DNA from: an uncultured Flavobacterium sp.
Lineage (GTDB): Bacteria > Bacteroidota > Bacteroidia > Flavobacteriales > Flavobacteriaceae
DNA: 48,977 nucleotides
Direction: 5' to 3'
Assembly (NCBI GenBank): GCA_964621245.1
Contig: CAZULO010000003.1
Location: 1 to 48,977 of the forward strand
The notes under the pieces are model-generated. The model worked only from the letters and a program-made list of their open reading frames with translations, did no database searches and was not told the DNA's origin. Shown piece by piece: positions 1-8,993 of this stretch (position 1 is its first letter; every line of letters starts with the position of its first letter). The position numbers were made by a program, and so were the translations under genes.

Positions 1-2
1 CG

Positions 3-680
3 TATTTACCGGGCAGTGATTCGCCTATATTTCAAGGGATGTCGGTGTTTTTAGGTTTTCTATTCACGTTTGGTTCAGCAGGATCGTTATCTAATGTAAT
101 GGCAGGTTTGATATTAACATATATGCGTTTGTTTAAAATTGGTGATCGGGTTAAAATCGGCGAAGTAGTTGGTGATGTCATTGAAAAATCAATGTTGGTT
201 ACTCGTGTGCGTACTATTAAAAATGAAATTATATCCATACCAAATTCAACTGTGATGAATAGTCATACCGTTAATTATAGTAGTGATGCAGAAGATAAAG
301 GGTTGATTATACATACTACAATGACTATTGGTTACGATGTGCCTTGGAAAGAGGTTCACGATGCATTTATTACAGCGGCTTTACGAACGGATCTAATACT
401 AAAAGACCCTAAACCATTTGTACTTCAAACCAGTTTAGATGATTTTTACGTATCGTATCAACTCAATGCCTATACTCGTGAACCGAATAAACAAGCGGTT
501 ATTTATTCAAATTTACATCAAAATGTTCAAGATGTTTGTAATGAAGTAGGGATAGAAATCTTATCACCACACTACCGAGCCGCCAGAGACGGTAACCAAT
601 GTACTATACCGGCTAATTATTTACCAGAAGATTACAAATCGCCTGGTTTTAATATAACAATTAATAAAGATGACCGTTAG
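3..680 (+). CDS. MscS-family mechanosensitive channel, 5'-truncated by the window edge
   Basis: The frame is open upstream of the ATG at 39 (YLPGSDSPIFQG-MSVFLG), so the gene starts before base 1. MscS motifs: LSNVMAGLIL, FKIGDRVKIGEVVGDV, IPNS, IGYDVPW, IEILSPHY. Confidence 0.88.
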   Translation, partial: YLPGSDSPIFQGMSVFLGFLFTFGSAGSLSNVMAGLILTYMRLFKIGDRVKIGEVVGDVIEKSMLVTRVRTIKNEIISIPNSTVMNSHTVNYSSDAEDKGLIIHTTMTIGYDVPWKEVHDAFITAALRTDLILKDPKPFVLQTSLDDFYVSYQLNAYTREPNKQAVIYSNLHQNVQDVCNEVGIEILSPHYRAARDGNQCTIPANYLPEDYKSPGFNITINKDDR

Positions 681-1461
681 AGAACAACTACATCATATTG
701 TTTTTGGAACAGAAACCAAGTCTGGAAAACAATTTGATGTTTTTTTATTGTGGGTGATTTTAATCAGTGTTTTAGCAGTAATGCTTGAAAGTGTGCCCGA
801 AATAGGAATCACTTTTGTAGACGAATTTGTAATTATAGAGTGGATATTAACCGTAATATTTACTTTGGAGTATTTGTTACGGCTATGGATTAGTCCCAAA
901 CCCATCAAATATATATTCAGTTTTTGGGGAATCATTGATTTGTTGTCAATTCTACCCACGTATATCAGCTTTTTTATAACAGGATATCATTACTTGTTAA
1001 TCATTCGAATATTCAGATTGTTGCGAGTATTTCGGATTTTAAAATTGGTTCGATTTACCTCAGAAGCACGTGTGTTACTATTAGCTTTACGTGCCAGTAG
1101 TTATAAAATAGGAATTTTTATGATGGCGGTTATGGCAATTGTTATTTTTTTAGGAACAATTATGTACGTGGTTGAAGGAGCAGATAACGGTTTTACCAGT
1201 ATCCCACAAAGTATTTATTGGGCCATTGTAACCATAACCACAGTAGGGTATGGAGATATTGCACCACATACGGTTTTAGGTAAGTCAATATCGTCGATAG
1301 CCATGATTATGGGGTATGCCATAATTGCAGTACCCACAGGTATTGTAACCGTTGCTTTTTCTAAATCAAATAACAAACAAATTCAGTGTCCAGAATGTAA
1401 CAAAATGAGTGATGAGGTGTCTAACTATTGTTCTGAATGCGGAAATAAATTAAAAACATAA
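670..1461 (+). CDS. Voltage-gated-type (6TM) potassium channel / ion transporter with C-terminal zinc ribbon
   Basis: Selectivity filter TITTVGYGD; S4-like RIFRLLRVFRILKLVRF; hydrophobic S1-S6 segments; C-terminal CPEC...CSECG. Overlaps the upstream stop by 11 bp. Confidence 0.9.
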   Translation: MTVREQLHHIVFGTETKSGKQFDVFLLWVILISVLAVMLESVPEIGITFVDEFVIIEWILTVIFTLEYLLRLWISPKPIKYIFSFWGIIDLLSILPTYISFFITGYHYLLIIRIFRLLRVFRILKLVRFTSEARVLLLALRASSYKIGIFMMAVMAIVIFLGTIMYVVEGADNGFTSIPQSIYWAIVTITTVGYGDIAPHTVLGKSISSIAMIMGYAIIAVPTGIVTVAFSKSNNKQIQCPECNKMSDEVSNYCSECGNKLKT

Positions 1462-1464
1462 GAA

Positions 1465-2274
1465 ATGATAGCGTATAAAGATGTTGTATTATTTGCCTTT
1501 GAGGGATTTAAAATAAAATTGTCTACAATTATTTTATTAATAACTCTTTCAGCGTTGACTACATTAATTTTGTTTGTAGTTAAAAAAACTATTTATAGAG
1601 CAAAAACTATTGATGTCGGACGAAAATTCGCCATTTATAGTTTAGTGAAATATGTTGTTTATACCGTTTCTTTTGTTTTAGGATTGCAGATTTTAGGGTT
1701 GAATTTGTCCGTTTTAATGGCGGGATCTGCGGCTTTATTAGTTGGAATAGGTTTGGGATTACAAAATTTATTTAGTGATTTTGTTTCGGGGATTATCATT
1801 TTGGTAGATTCATCCGTAAAGGTTAACGACATTATCGAAGTAAATGGCTTGATTTGCAAAGTAAAAAAGATACAATTAAGAACCACCACGGTTTTAACCA
1901 GAGAGAATAAGTTTATCATTTTACCTAATACAGATTTAACAAAAAGTCATTTAATCAATTGGACACATAGTAATTTACATTCTCGATTTAATGTAAACGT
2001 AGGAGTTGATTACTCTTCAGACGTAAATAAAGTTATGGAATTATTGATTCAAGCATCAAAAACGCATAAAGATATATTACAAGATCCGCCTGCATTTGTT
2101 CGGTTTGAAGAGCATGGAGATTCGGCTTTAAATTTTTCATTGTATTTTTGGACTGACGAGATTTTTTTGGTAGAAAACATCAAAAGCGAAATACGAGTAA
2201 ACATTTCAAGATTATTTAAAGAAAACAACATCACAATACCATTCCCTCAACGGGTGGTACACATGAAAAATTAA
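1465..2274 (+). CDS. MscS-family small-conductance mechanosensitive channel
   Basis: TM3 motif GSAALLVGIGLGLQNLFSDFVSGIIIL; LRTT; ILPN; VGVDYSSD; C-terminal IPFPQR. Confidence 0.9.
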   Translation: MIAYKDVVLFAFEGFKIKLSTIILLITLSALTTLILFVVKKTIYRAKTIDVGRKFAIYSLVKYVVYTVSFVLGLQILGLNLSVLMAGSAALLVGIGLGLQNLFSDFVSGIIILVDSSVKVNDIIEVNGLICKVKKIQLRTTTVLTRENKFIILPNTDLTKSHLINWTHSNLHSRFNVNVGVDYSSDVNKVMELLIQASKTHKDILQDPPAFVRFEEHGDSALNFSLYFWTDEIFLVENIKSEIRVNISRLFKENNITIPFPQRVVHMKN

Positions 2275-2277
2275 ACC

Positions 2278-3180
2278 ATGGAAAAAGAAATACAAGATTA
2301 TTTATACGATCCTACAGTAGGTAAGTTCGTAACATTTTTTTTAGGAGTAGCTATTATTTGGTTGGTGGTACAAGCGATTCAAAAGAAATTAGTTACCAAG
2401 ATAAAAGATACCGATAACCGATATAAGGCTAAAAAGCTGGGTGGTTTTGTGGGCTATTTTTTAACCATAGTATTATTAACCGTAGTCTTTAGCGATAAAT
2501 TAGGAGGACTTACTGTAGCTTTAGGAGTAGCAGGTGCTGGTATTGCTTTTGCGTTGCAAGAAGTAATATCGTCTTTTGCGGGATGGTTGGCGATTATGTT
2601 CGGAGGATTTTATAAAACGGGTGATCGAGTACAATTGGGCGGCATCAAAGGCGATGTAATGGATATAGGTGTTTTGCGAACCACTATTATGGAAACAGGG
2701 CAATGGGTTGACGGTGATTTATATAACGGACGAATCGTATTGATCGCCAACAGTTTTATTTTTAAAGAACCCGTATTTAATTACTCAGGTGATTTTCCAT
2801 TTTTGTGGGACGAAATAAAAATACCAATACAATTTGGAGGCGATTATGATTTGGCAAAAGAAATCATATTAAATGTAGGTGTAACAGTTGCTGGGGATTT
2901 GAGAGAGCAATCGAGAGAAAAGTGGAATTCACTACAAAGTAAATACAGGTTAGAAGATGCACAAACAGATCCTATGGTATCTTTAATAGCTAATGATAAT
3001 TGGGTAGAATACACGCTGAGATATGTTGTAGGTTATAAAAACAGACGCGCTACAAAAACAGAGTTGTTTATAAAATTATTAAAAGATATTGAAGCTACTA
3101 ACGGAAAAGTGAAGTTTGCATCAGCTACATTTCATTTGGTCGAAGCGCCAGAGTTTAAAGTGAATTTTAATAAAAATTAA
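2278..3180 (+). CDS. MscS-family mechanosensitive channel
   Basis: TM3 motif LGVAGAGIAFALQEVISSFAGW; YKTGDRVQLGGIKGDVMDIGVLRTT; IANS. Confidence 0.88.
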   Translation: MEKEIQDYLYDPTVGKFVTFFLGVAIIWLVVQAIQKKLVTKIKDTDNRYKAKKLGGFVGYFLTIVLLTVVFSDKLGGLTVALGVAGAGIAFALQEVISSFAGWLAIMFGGFYKTGDRVQLGGIKGDVMDIGVLRTTIMETGQWVDGDLYNGRIVLIANSFIFKEPVFNYSGDFPFLWDEIKIPIQFGGDYDLAKEIILNVGVTVAGDLREQSREKWNSLQSKYRLEDAQTDPMVSLIANDNWVEYTLRYVVGYKNRRATKTELFIKLLKDIEATNGKVKFASATFHLVEAPEFKVNFNKN

Positions 3181-3812
3181 AATTTATATAAATACCCAAG
3201 CGTAGCTTGATATTGTTGTAAGTTGGTTTTAGCTTTTAATTCAGCAAAAATACCTAAAGTAGTAACAGCACTAAAACCAGCATTTACACCAACAACAGAG
3301 TCTTCAAAGTTTTCATATTTTGATAAATCATATCCTAAGTTTTTAACGTCTGAAGGATAGTCAACTTTAATTTTTCCTAAAGAATAATCAACGCCACACA
3401 AAACAAAAAAGTCCAATAGTTTATTGTTAATTATAGAATATGTTACGTCTAAATTGGCATTATAAGCCGCTAACTTTGTATCTGTATTAAACGTAATGGT
3501 TTGATTTCCAAAAGGTGGTATATTAACAGACCCTTTTAAAGGAACAATTTTATTTGAAGAAGAAACGTATGCACAACCTAAATTGACACCAATTTTTTCA
3601 GAAATTTTACCTCGGGCTTTTGCGCTAATTCCGAAGGTATTGTATTGAGTGTCTTTAATATTTTCGATACCATATGCCGCGAGATCCTTATTTACAGCAG
3701 AAAAATCAAACGAACTCGAAACAAATGTAGCTCCAGCACCTAAATAAAAATCTTGAGAAAAACCAAGATGGATAACCCCGAAAAGTAAAGCAAAAAGTAA
3801 ATGTTTTTTCAT
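3177..3812 (-). CDS. Outer-membrane beta-barrel protein (OmpA-like transmembrane / porin family)
   Basis: Signal peptide MKKHLLFALLFGVIHLGFSQ; alternating amphipathic strands; C-terminal beta-signal ATLGYLYKF. Confidence 0.7.
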   Translation of the reverse strand: MKKHLLFALLFGVIHLGFSQDFYLGAGATFVSSSFDFSAVNKDLAAYGIENIKDTQYNTFGISAKARGKISEKIGVNLGCAYVSSSNKIVPLKGSVNIPPFGNQTITFNTDTKLAAYNANLDVTYSIINNKLLDFFVLCGVDYSLGKIKVDYPSDVKNLGYDLSKYENFEDSVVGVNAGFSAVTTLGIFAELKAKTNLQQYQATLGYLYKF

Positions 3813-3900
3813 AAAAAAAAGTTTAGCATCGCAATGTAAGAATAATTCTACAAAATAAGTTTTGTTCTTAAATCACATTGTGTAACTTTTTAATTATCTA

Positions 3901-3908
3901 TACATTTG
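3901..3908 (+). promoter_or_regulatory. Bacteroidota housekeeping-sigma -7 element (TAnnTTTG) for purM
   Basis: TACATTTG, 25 bp before the ATG at 3934; TTG at 3878-3880 gives a 20-bp spacer consistent with the -33 element. Confidence 0.7.
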
Positions 3909-3933
3909 CGACATTCATCACAAATACCGATTC

Positions 3934-5112
3934 ATGAGCACAGACGCAAGTAAAAGATACAGTTTAAGAGGGGTTTCAGCTTCGAAAGAAGATGTACATA
4001 ACGCCATTAAAAACATCGATAAAGGTTTGTTCCCTCAGGCATTTTGTAAAATTGTACCTGATTATTTGACAAATGATGAAGATTATTGTTTGATTATGCA
4101 CGCCGATGGCGCAGGGACAAAATCATCCTTAGCGTACATGTATTGGAAAGAAACAGGAGATCTTTCGGTTTGGAAAGGCATTGCTCAAGATGCTTTAATC
4201 ATGAATATTGATGATTTGATTTGTGTAGGGGCTACCGATAATATTTTATTGTCATCAACCATTGGTAGGAATAAAAATTTAATTCCTTCGGAAGTTATTT
4301 CGGCCATTATTAATGGTACTCAAGAATTGATTGATGAGTTGGCTTCTTTTGGCGTAACCATTCATTCTACAGGTGGGGAAACCGCCGATGTAGGAGATAT
4401 TGTAAGAACTATTATTGTAGATTCTACCGTAACGGCACGAATGAAACGTTCGCAAGTAATTGATAACGCCAACATACAAGCAGGAGATGTGATTGTAGGT
4501 TTAGCCTCTTACGGACAATCAACTTACGAAAAATCATACAATGGCGGAATGGGGAGTAATGGTTTGACATCTGCAAGACATGATGTGTTCAGCAAGTATT
4601 TAGCTCAAAAATATCCTGAAAGTTTTGACGCCTCTGTGCCTAATGATTTAGTATATTCAGGAAACGTAAAATTAACAGATGCAGTTTCTGATAGCCCAAT
4701 CGATGCGGGTAAATTAGTGTTGTCGCCAACCAGAACTTATGCTCCAGTGGTTAAAAAGGTTTTAGAAAAATATAATGCCGAACAAATTCACGGCATGGTA
4801 CATTGCAGCGGAGGAGCGCAAACCAAAGTGTTGCATTTTGTAGACAATGTTCATGTAATAAAAGACAATTTATTGCCTGTACCACCACTTTTTAAATTGA
4901 TTCAAGAACAATCTAATACGGATTGGAAAGAAATGTATCAGGTATTTAACTGTGGACACAGACTAGAAGTGTACGTGCCGCAAGAAGTTGCTAAAGATAT
5001 CATTGCAATTTCAAAATCTTTTAATATTGATGCTCAAATCATTGGTAGAGTTGAGGTGGCGGAACATAAAAAATTAACTATAAAAAGCGAATACGGTACG
5101 TTTAAATACTAA
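3934..5112 (+). CDS. purM: Phosphoribosylformylglycinamidine cyclo-ligase (AIR synthase), Bacteroidota type
   Basis: Motifs HADGAGTKS, MNIDDL, GGETADVGD, SNGLTSARH, HCSGGAQTK, VFNCGHR. Confidence 0.9.
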   Translation: MSTDASKRYSLRGVSASKEDVHNAIKNIDKGLFPQAFCKIVPDYLTNDEDYCLIMHADGAGTKSSLAYMYWKETGDLSVWKGIAQDALIMNIDDLICVGATDNILLSSTIGRNKNLIPSEVISAIINGTQELIDELASFGVTIHSTGGETADVGDIVRTIIVDSTVTARMKRSQVIDNANIQAGDVIVGLASYGQSTYEKSYNGGMGSNGLTSARHDVFSKYLAQKYPESFDASVPNDLVYSGNVKLTDAVSDSPIDAGKLVLSPTRTYAPVVKKVLEKYNAEQIHGMVHCSGGAQTKVLHFVDNVHVIKDNLLPVPPLFKLIQEQSNTDWKEMYQVFNCGHRLEVYVPQEVAKDIIAISKSFNIDAQIIGRVEVAEHKKLTIKSEYGTFKY

Positions 5113-5164
5113 ATGCTAAAAGTGTTTAAAAGGAAACGGAACAAGAGCAATGTTTTAACAAAAT

Positions 5165-5179
5165 TTTAGTATTACTAAA
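5165..5179. repeat. Perfect 7-1-7 palindrome TTTAGTA-T-TACTAAA upstream of the wzm promoter
   Basis: Read directly; ends 10 bp upstream of the -7 box at 5190. Function unknown. Confidence 0.5.
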
Positions 5180-5189
5180 TTGGATTAAT

Positions 5190-5197
5190 TACATTTG
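5190..5197 (+). promoter_or_regulatory. -7 promoter element (TAnnTTTG) for the glycan operon
   Basis: TACATTTG(C), 36 bp before the wzm ATG at 5234. Confidence 0.65.
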
Positions 5198-5233
5198 CGG
5201 TTGATTAAGTAAATAAAGAATGCAATTAATAAA

Positions 5234-6091
5234 ATGAAGGATACTGTAGATTCACAAGATTGGGATTTAACAATTGGAGCAGATAGAAGTCTTTTTGATT
5301 TAAAGTTAAAAGATGTTTGGGCGTATAGGGATTTGTTATTTCTTTTTGTGAAACGTGATTTTGTTACGTTTTACAAACAAACAGTTTTAGGACCGCTTTG
5401 GTTTTTTATTCAACCGATATTTACGACACTAGTTTTTTCATTTGTTTTTGGGAATTTAGCAGGTATAAGTACTGATGGATTGCCTCAACCCCTATTTTAT
5501 TTAGCAGGAATAACTGCTTGGAACTATTTTTCAGATTGTATAACAAAATCAAGTGCCGTTTTTAATACAAATGCAGGGATATTTGGTAAGGTTTATTTTC
5601 CAAGGTTAATAATGCCTTTGAGTATTGTTATTAGTAATTTAATTCGTTTTGGAGTCCAATTTTTGTTATTTGTGTTTTATATGTTTTTTTATTGGTATAA
5701 TGGTGCTAATTTTGAATTAACATACGCTATTTTTTTATTTCCCTATATTGTTTTCTTGATGGCATTGCTGGGTATGGGGTTGGGGTTGATTGTGTCAGCA
5801 TTGACCACAAAATATAAGGACTTAAACTTTTTAATCACATTTGGGGTTCAATTATTGATGTATGCTACTCCTATTATATATCCTTTGAGCGCTGCTCCAG
5901 AAAAATACAGGTATTGGATTGAATTAAATCCAATGTCTAATTTAATAGAAACGTTTCGATATGGTTTTTTAGGAGCAGGTAATTTTAATTTAGAAGGTAT
6001 AGTATATTCATCGATAATAAGTACTGTTGTTTTTGTTTTGGGTGTTATTATATTCAATAAAACCGAAAAGAATTTTATAGACACAATATAA
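5234..6091 (+). CDS. wzm: Polysaccharide ABC exporter permease (Wzm/TagG family)
   Basis: RDFVTFYKQTVLGPLWFFIQP, KVYFPR, YATPIIYP, LNP; about six TM segments; followed by the ATPase. Confidence 0.9.
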   Translation: MKDTVDSQDWDLTIGADRSLFDLKLKDVWAYRDLLFLFVKRDFVTFYKQTVLGPLWFFIQPIFTTLVFSFVFGNLAGISTDGLPQPLFYLAGITAWNYFSDCITKSSAVFNTNAGIFGKVYFPRLIMPLSIVISNLIRFGVQFLLFVFYMFFYWYNGANFELTYAIFLFPYIVFLMALLGMGLGLIVSALTTKYKDLNFLITFGVQLLMYATPIIYPLSAAPEKYRYWIELNPMSNLIETFRYGFLGAGNFNLEGIVYSSIISTVVFVLGVIIFNKTEKNFIDTI

Positions 6092-7383
6092 TGGGTAGTA
6101 AAGTAATTGAAGTAGAGGGACTAGCTAAAGCTTATCAATTAGGTAAAATAGGTACAGGAACTATATCTAGAGATTTGGAACGATTTTTTATAACAAAGAT
6201 TCTTGGTAAAAATGATCCGTTTTTAAAAATTGGAGAAATTAATGATAGATCTGTAAAAGGAAAAAGTGATATTGTTTGGAGTCTAAAAGATATTAATTTC
6301 AATGTAGATAAGGGTGATGCTGTAGGTATTATTGGCAAAAATGGGGCAGGAAAGAGTACACTGTTGAAATTATTAAGTAGGGTGACATCACCTACTTCAG
6401 GAAGTATAAAGCTAAAAGGTAGGGTAGCGTCCTTGTTGGAAGTTGGTACAGGATTTCATCCAGAATTATCAGGCAGGGAAAACATTTATTTAAATGGAGC
6501 TATTTTGGGAATGCGTAAATCGGAAATTAAACGCAAATTTGATGAGATTGTCGATTTTGCAGGAGTAGAACGCTATATTGATACTCCAGTTAAAAGATAT
6601 TCATCAGGTATGTATGTTCGTTTGGCTTTTGCAGTTGCAGCTCATTTAGAAAGTGAAATTTTGATAGTAGATGAAGTTTTAGCGGTGGGTGATGCGGAGT
6701 TTCAAAAAAAATGTATAGGGAAGATGGGTGATATTAGTAAGGGGGACGGTCGTACAATATTATTTGTTAGTCATAATATGGCTGCTGTACAACAGATTTG
6801 TGAAAAAGGAATTGTTCTGAAAAATGGTTTAATAAATTACTACGGTGAAATCGAAAATGCGGTAAATGAGTATTCAAAAGGTCATAGAGAACAAAAAAAC
6901 ATATCATTAAGTAGTTATAAAAATCGAAAAGGTAACGGTGTAGTTATGTTTGAAGATTTTTCAATTATAAACAAAAGTAATGGAGCTTTAGCAAGGGTTA
7001 TTGTTTCAGGACAAGACGTAACGTTGAGGTTTAAGTTGAAAGTGAAAATAGAAGGTTGTAAAATTGAAACCTTGAAATTTGCCATCGGGATTAATGATTC
7101 TTTTGAAAATAGAATAGCTCACTTGAATAATGAAATTAGTGGGGATAATTTAAATAATGCTGATTCTGGTTTTACATTTGTAGATTTCGAAATATATAGA
7201 TTCCCTTTAAACCAGGGGTTTTATTCGTTAGCTTTGATGTGTGAAGTTAATAAGGAAATAAGTGATTGGATTCAGTTAGCTGTAGGTTTTGATGTCGAAA
7301 GTGGAGATTATTACAATACGGGGAGATTGGTGGATAGCACAATGGGAATGTTTTTGATGAACTATAATGTGAAAATTGGTTAA
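6091..7383 (+). CDS. wzt: Polysaccharide ABC exporter ATPase with C-terminal Wzt_C-like carbohydrate-binding extension
   Basis: Walker A GKNGAGKST, signature YSSGM, Walker B ILIVDE, SH switch; roughly 160 aa beta-rich C-terminal domain. Confidence 0.9.
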   Translation: MGSKVIEVEGLAKAYQLGKIGTGTISRDLERFFITKILGKNDPFLKIGEINDRSVKGKSDIVWSLKDINFNVDKGDAVGIIGKNGAGKSTLLKLLSRVTSPTSGSIKLKGRVASLLEVGTGFHPELSGRENIYLNGAILGMRKSEIKRKFDEIVDFAGVERYIDTPVKRYSSGMYVRLAFAVAAHLESEILIVDEVLAVGDAEFQKKCIGKMGDISKGDGRTILFVSHNMAAVQQICEKGIVLKNGLINYYGEIENAVNEYSKGHREQKNISLSSYKNRKGNGVVMFEDFSIINKSNGALARVIVSGQDVTLRFKLKVKIEGCKIETLKFAIGINDSFENRIAHLNNEISGDNLNNADSGFTFVDFEIYRFPLNQGFYSLALMCEVNKEISDWIQLAVGFDVESGDYYNTGRLVDSTMGMFLMNYNVKIG

Positions 7384-8109
7384 ATGAAATTTAAGACTTA
7401 TTTGTTTGAAATCTATAGATTAAATGGGTTGAGTAGTACTGTTTTTATATGGCGTCATTACAAAACTTTCAAAGAATGGAAATGGCAATTAGATTCAGGG
7501 AAACAACCGTTAGAAATGGGCTTACCTTGGATTACGATAGAAGCTAAAAATTATTTAGTTGATTTTTTTAAAAAGAATAAAAATTCAATAGTTTTTGAGT
7601 TTGGTTCAGGAGGATCAAGTATTTTCTTTTCCAAATATGTTAATAAGGTAATAAGTGTAGAACACGACAAAATATGGTTTGAAGCCTTAATAAAGAAGGT
7701 TGAAGAAGAAGGTATAACTAACTGGGAAGGAACATTAGCTCAAGCAGAAACTAAATCTTCGTCTGATTTAGAAGATTTGTTGAGTGATGAACCTATGCAT
7801 TATTATACGGCTGACTCGAATTATAAAGACTCAATTTTTTACAATTACTGTACCAAAATAGAAGATTACAAAGAGGAAATGTTTGATGTGATACTGATTG
7901 ATGGACGTTCTAGACCATCTTGTATCTATCATTCATATCAAAAATTATCCATTGGGGGTTTACTGGTAATTGATAATTCAGAAAGAGATTATTATTACAC
8001 TAAAACTCAAGCATTTTTGAAAAACTATGAATTAGTTGTTAATTCAAATTCAGCATTAATCTGTAGTCCTCAATTTACTCAGACTAATATATTTAAGAAA
8101 ATAAAATAA
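7384..8109 (+). CDS. Class I SAM-dependent methyltransferase
   Basis: VFEFGSGGSS (motif I), ISVEHD, FDVILIDG, GGLLVIDNS. Confidence 0.75.
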   Translation: MKFKTYLFEIYRLNGLSSTVFIWRHYKTFKEWKWQLDSGKQPLEMGLPWITIEAKNYLVDFFKKNKNSIVFEFGSGGSSIFFSKYVNKVISVEHDKIWFEALIKKVEEEGITNWEGTLAQAETKSSSDLEDLLSDEPMHYYTADSNYKDSIFYNYCTKIEDYKEEMFDVILIDGRSRPSCIYHSYQKLSIGGLLVIDNSERDYYYTKTQAFLKNYELVVNSNSALICSPQFTQTNIFKKIK

Positions 8110-8993
8110 TGAAACACCAAATATTTAAATTTTTTTTTCGAGTTCTGCCATATAAACTATTTAATCTGATAGACTCGAAGAGATTTCCTCCATACAATGG
8201 TTTTATTAAAACTAGAGATAGTATCGCTAATAAAAATATATTTTTATATTTAAGAAAAGATTCATTTATGGAGGCTGTAATTCATAAATCTGGATTATAT
8301 GGAGATTGGGAAAAGGAGTCTTTAAAAATTTGGGCATATTTATCTAAAAAATCCGATGTTATATTTGATATTGGAGCAAATACAGGCATATATTCTATAA
8401 TTGCAAAATCAAATAATAAAAAGTCAACAGTTATAGCAATTGAACCTATTGATTTGAATTACGATGTTCTAAATAAAAACATTAGTAAAAATAATTTAAA
8501 AATTTTCACTGAAAAAGTAGCTCTGTCTGATAAGGAAGGAGTGGCTAATATGTATATGTTGAAAGATAAATTGAACTATATGACGAGTGTTAATGACGAT
8601 CGTTATGCAATGCACCCTGAGATAAAAGGAAATAATGAGGTTGTTGAGGTAAAAGTACCTATAAAGCCTTTTTCTGATGTTTATGAAAAATATAGTTTAC
8701 AAAAATTAGATTTAATTAAAATTGATGTTGAAGGACATGAAATCCCAGTAATTAGAAATATGATTTTCTTCATTGAAAAATTTAAGCCATCTATTTTAAT
8801 TGAAATAATAGGCGACGATAATGCTTTAATAATAAACGAATTGTTTTCTAATTTAGGTTATAAATTTGTTTCGATTGATGAAAATTTTAAATCAAAAGTA
8901 GTGGAGAAATTATGGGATAATGATCACCATAATTTTTTGCTTTGTACAGATGAAGTTATTACATATTTGCGTCAAGAAAATTTAGTTCTATAA
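8109..8993 (+). CDS. FkbM-family methyltransferase
   Basis: IFDIGANTGIYS, IAIEP, LIKIDVEGHE, ILIEI. Confidence 0.85.
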   Translation: MKHQIFKFFFRVLPYKLFNLIDSKRFPPYNGFIKTRDSIANKNIFLYLRKDSFMEAVIHKSGLYGDWEKESLKIWAYLSKKSDVIFDIGANTGIYSIIAKSNNKKSTVIAIEPIDLNYDVLNKNISKNNLKIFTEKVALSDKEGVANMYMLKDKLNYMTSVNDDRYAMHPEIKGNNEVVEVKVPIKPFSDVYEKYSLQKLDLIKIDVEGHEIPVIRNMIFFIEKFKPSILIEIIGDDNALIINELFSNLGYKFVSIDENFKSKVVEKLWDNDHHNFLLCTDEVITYLRQENLVL

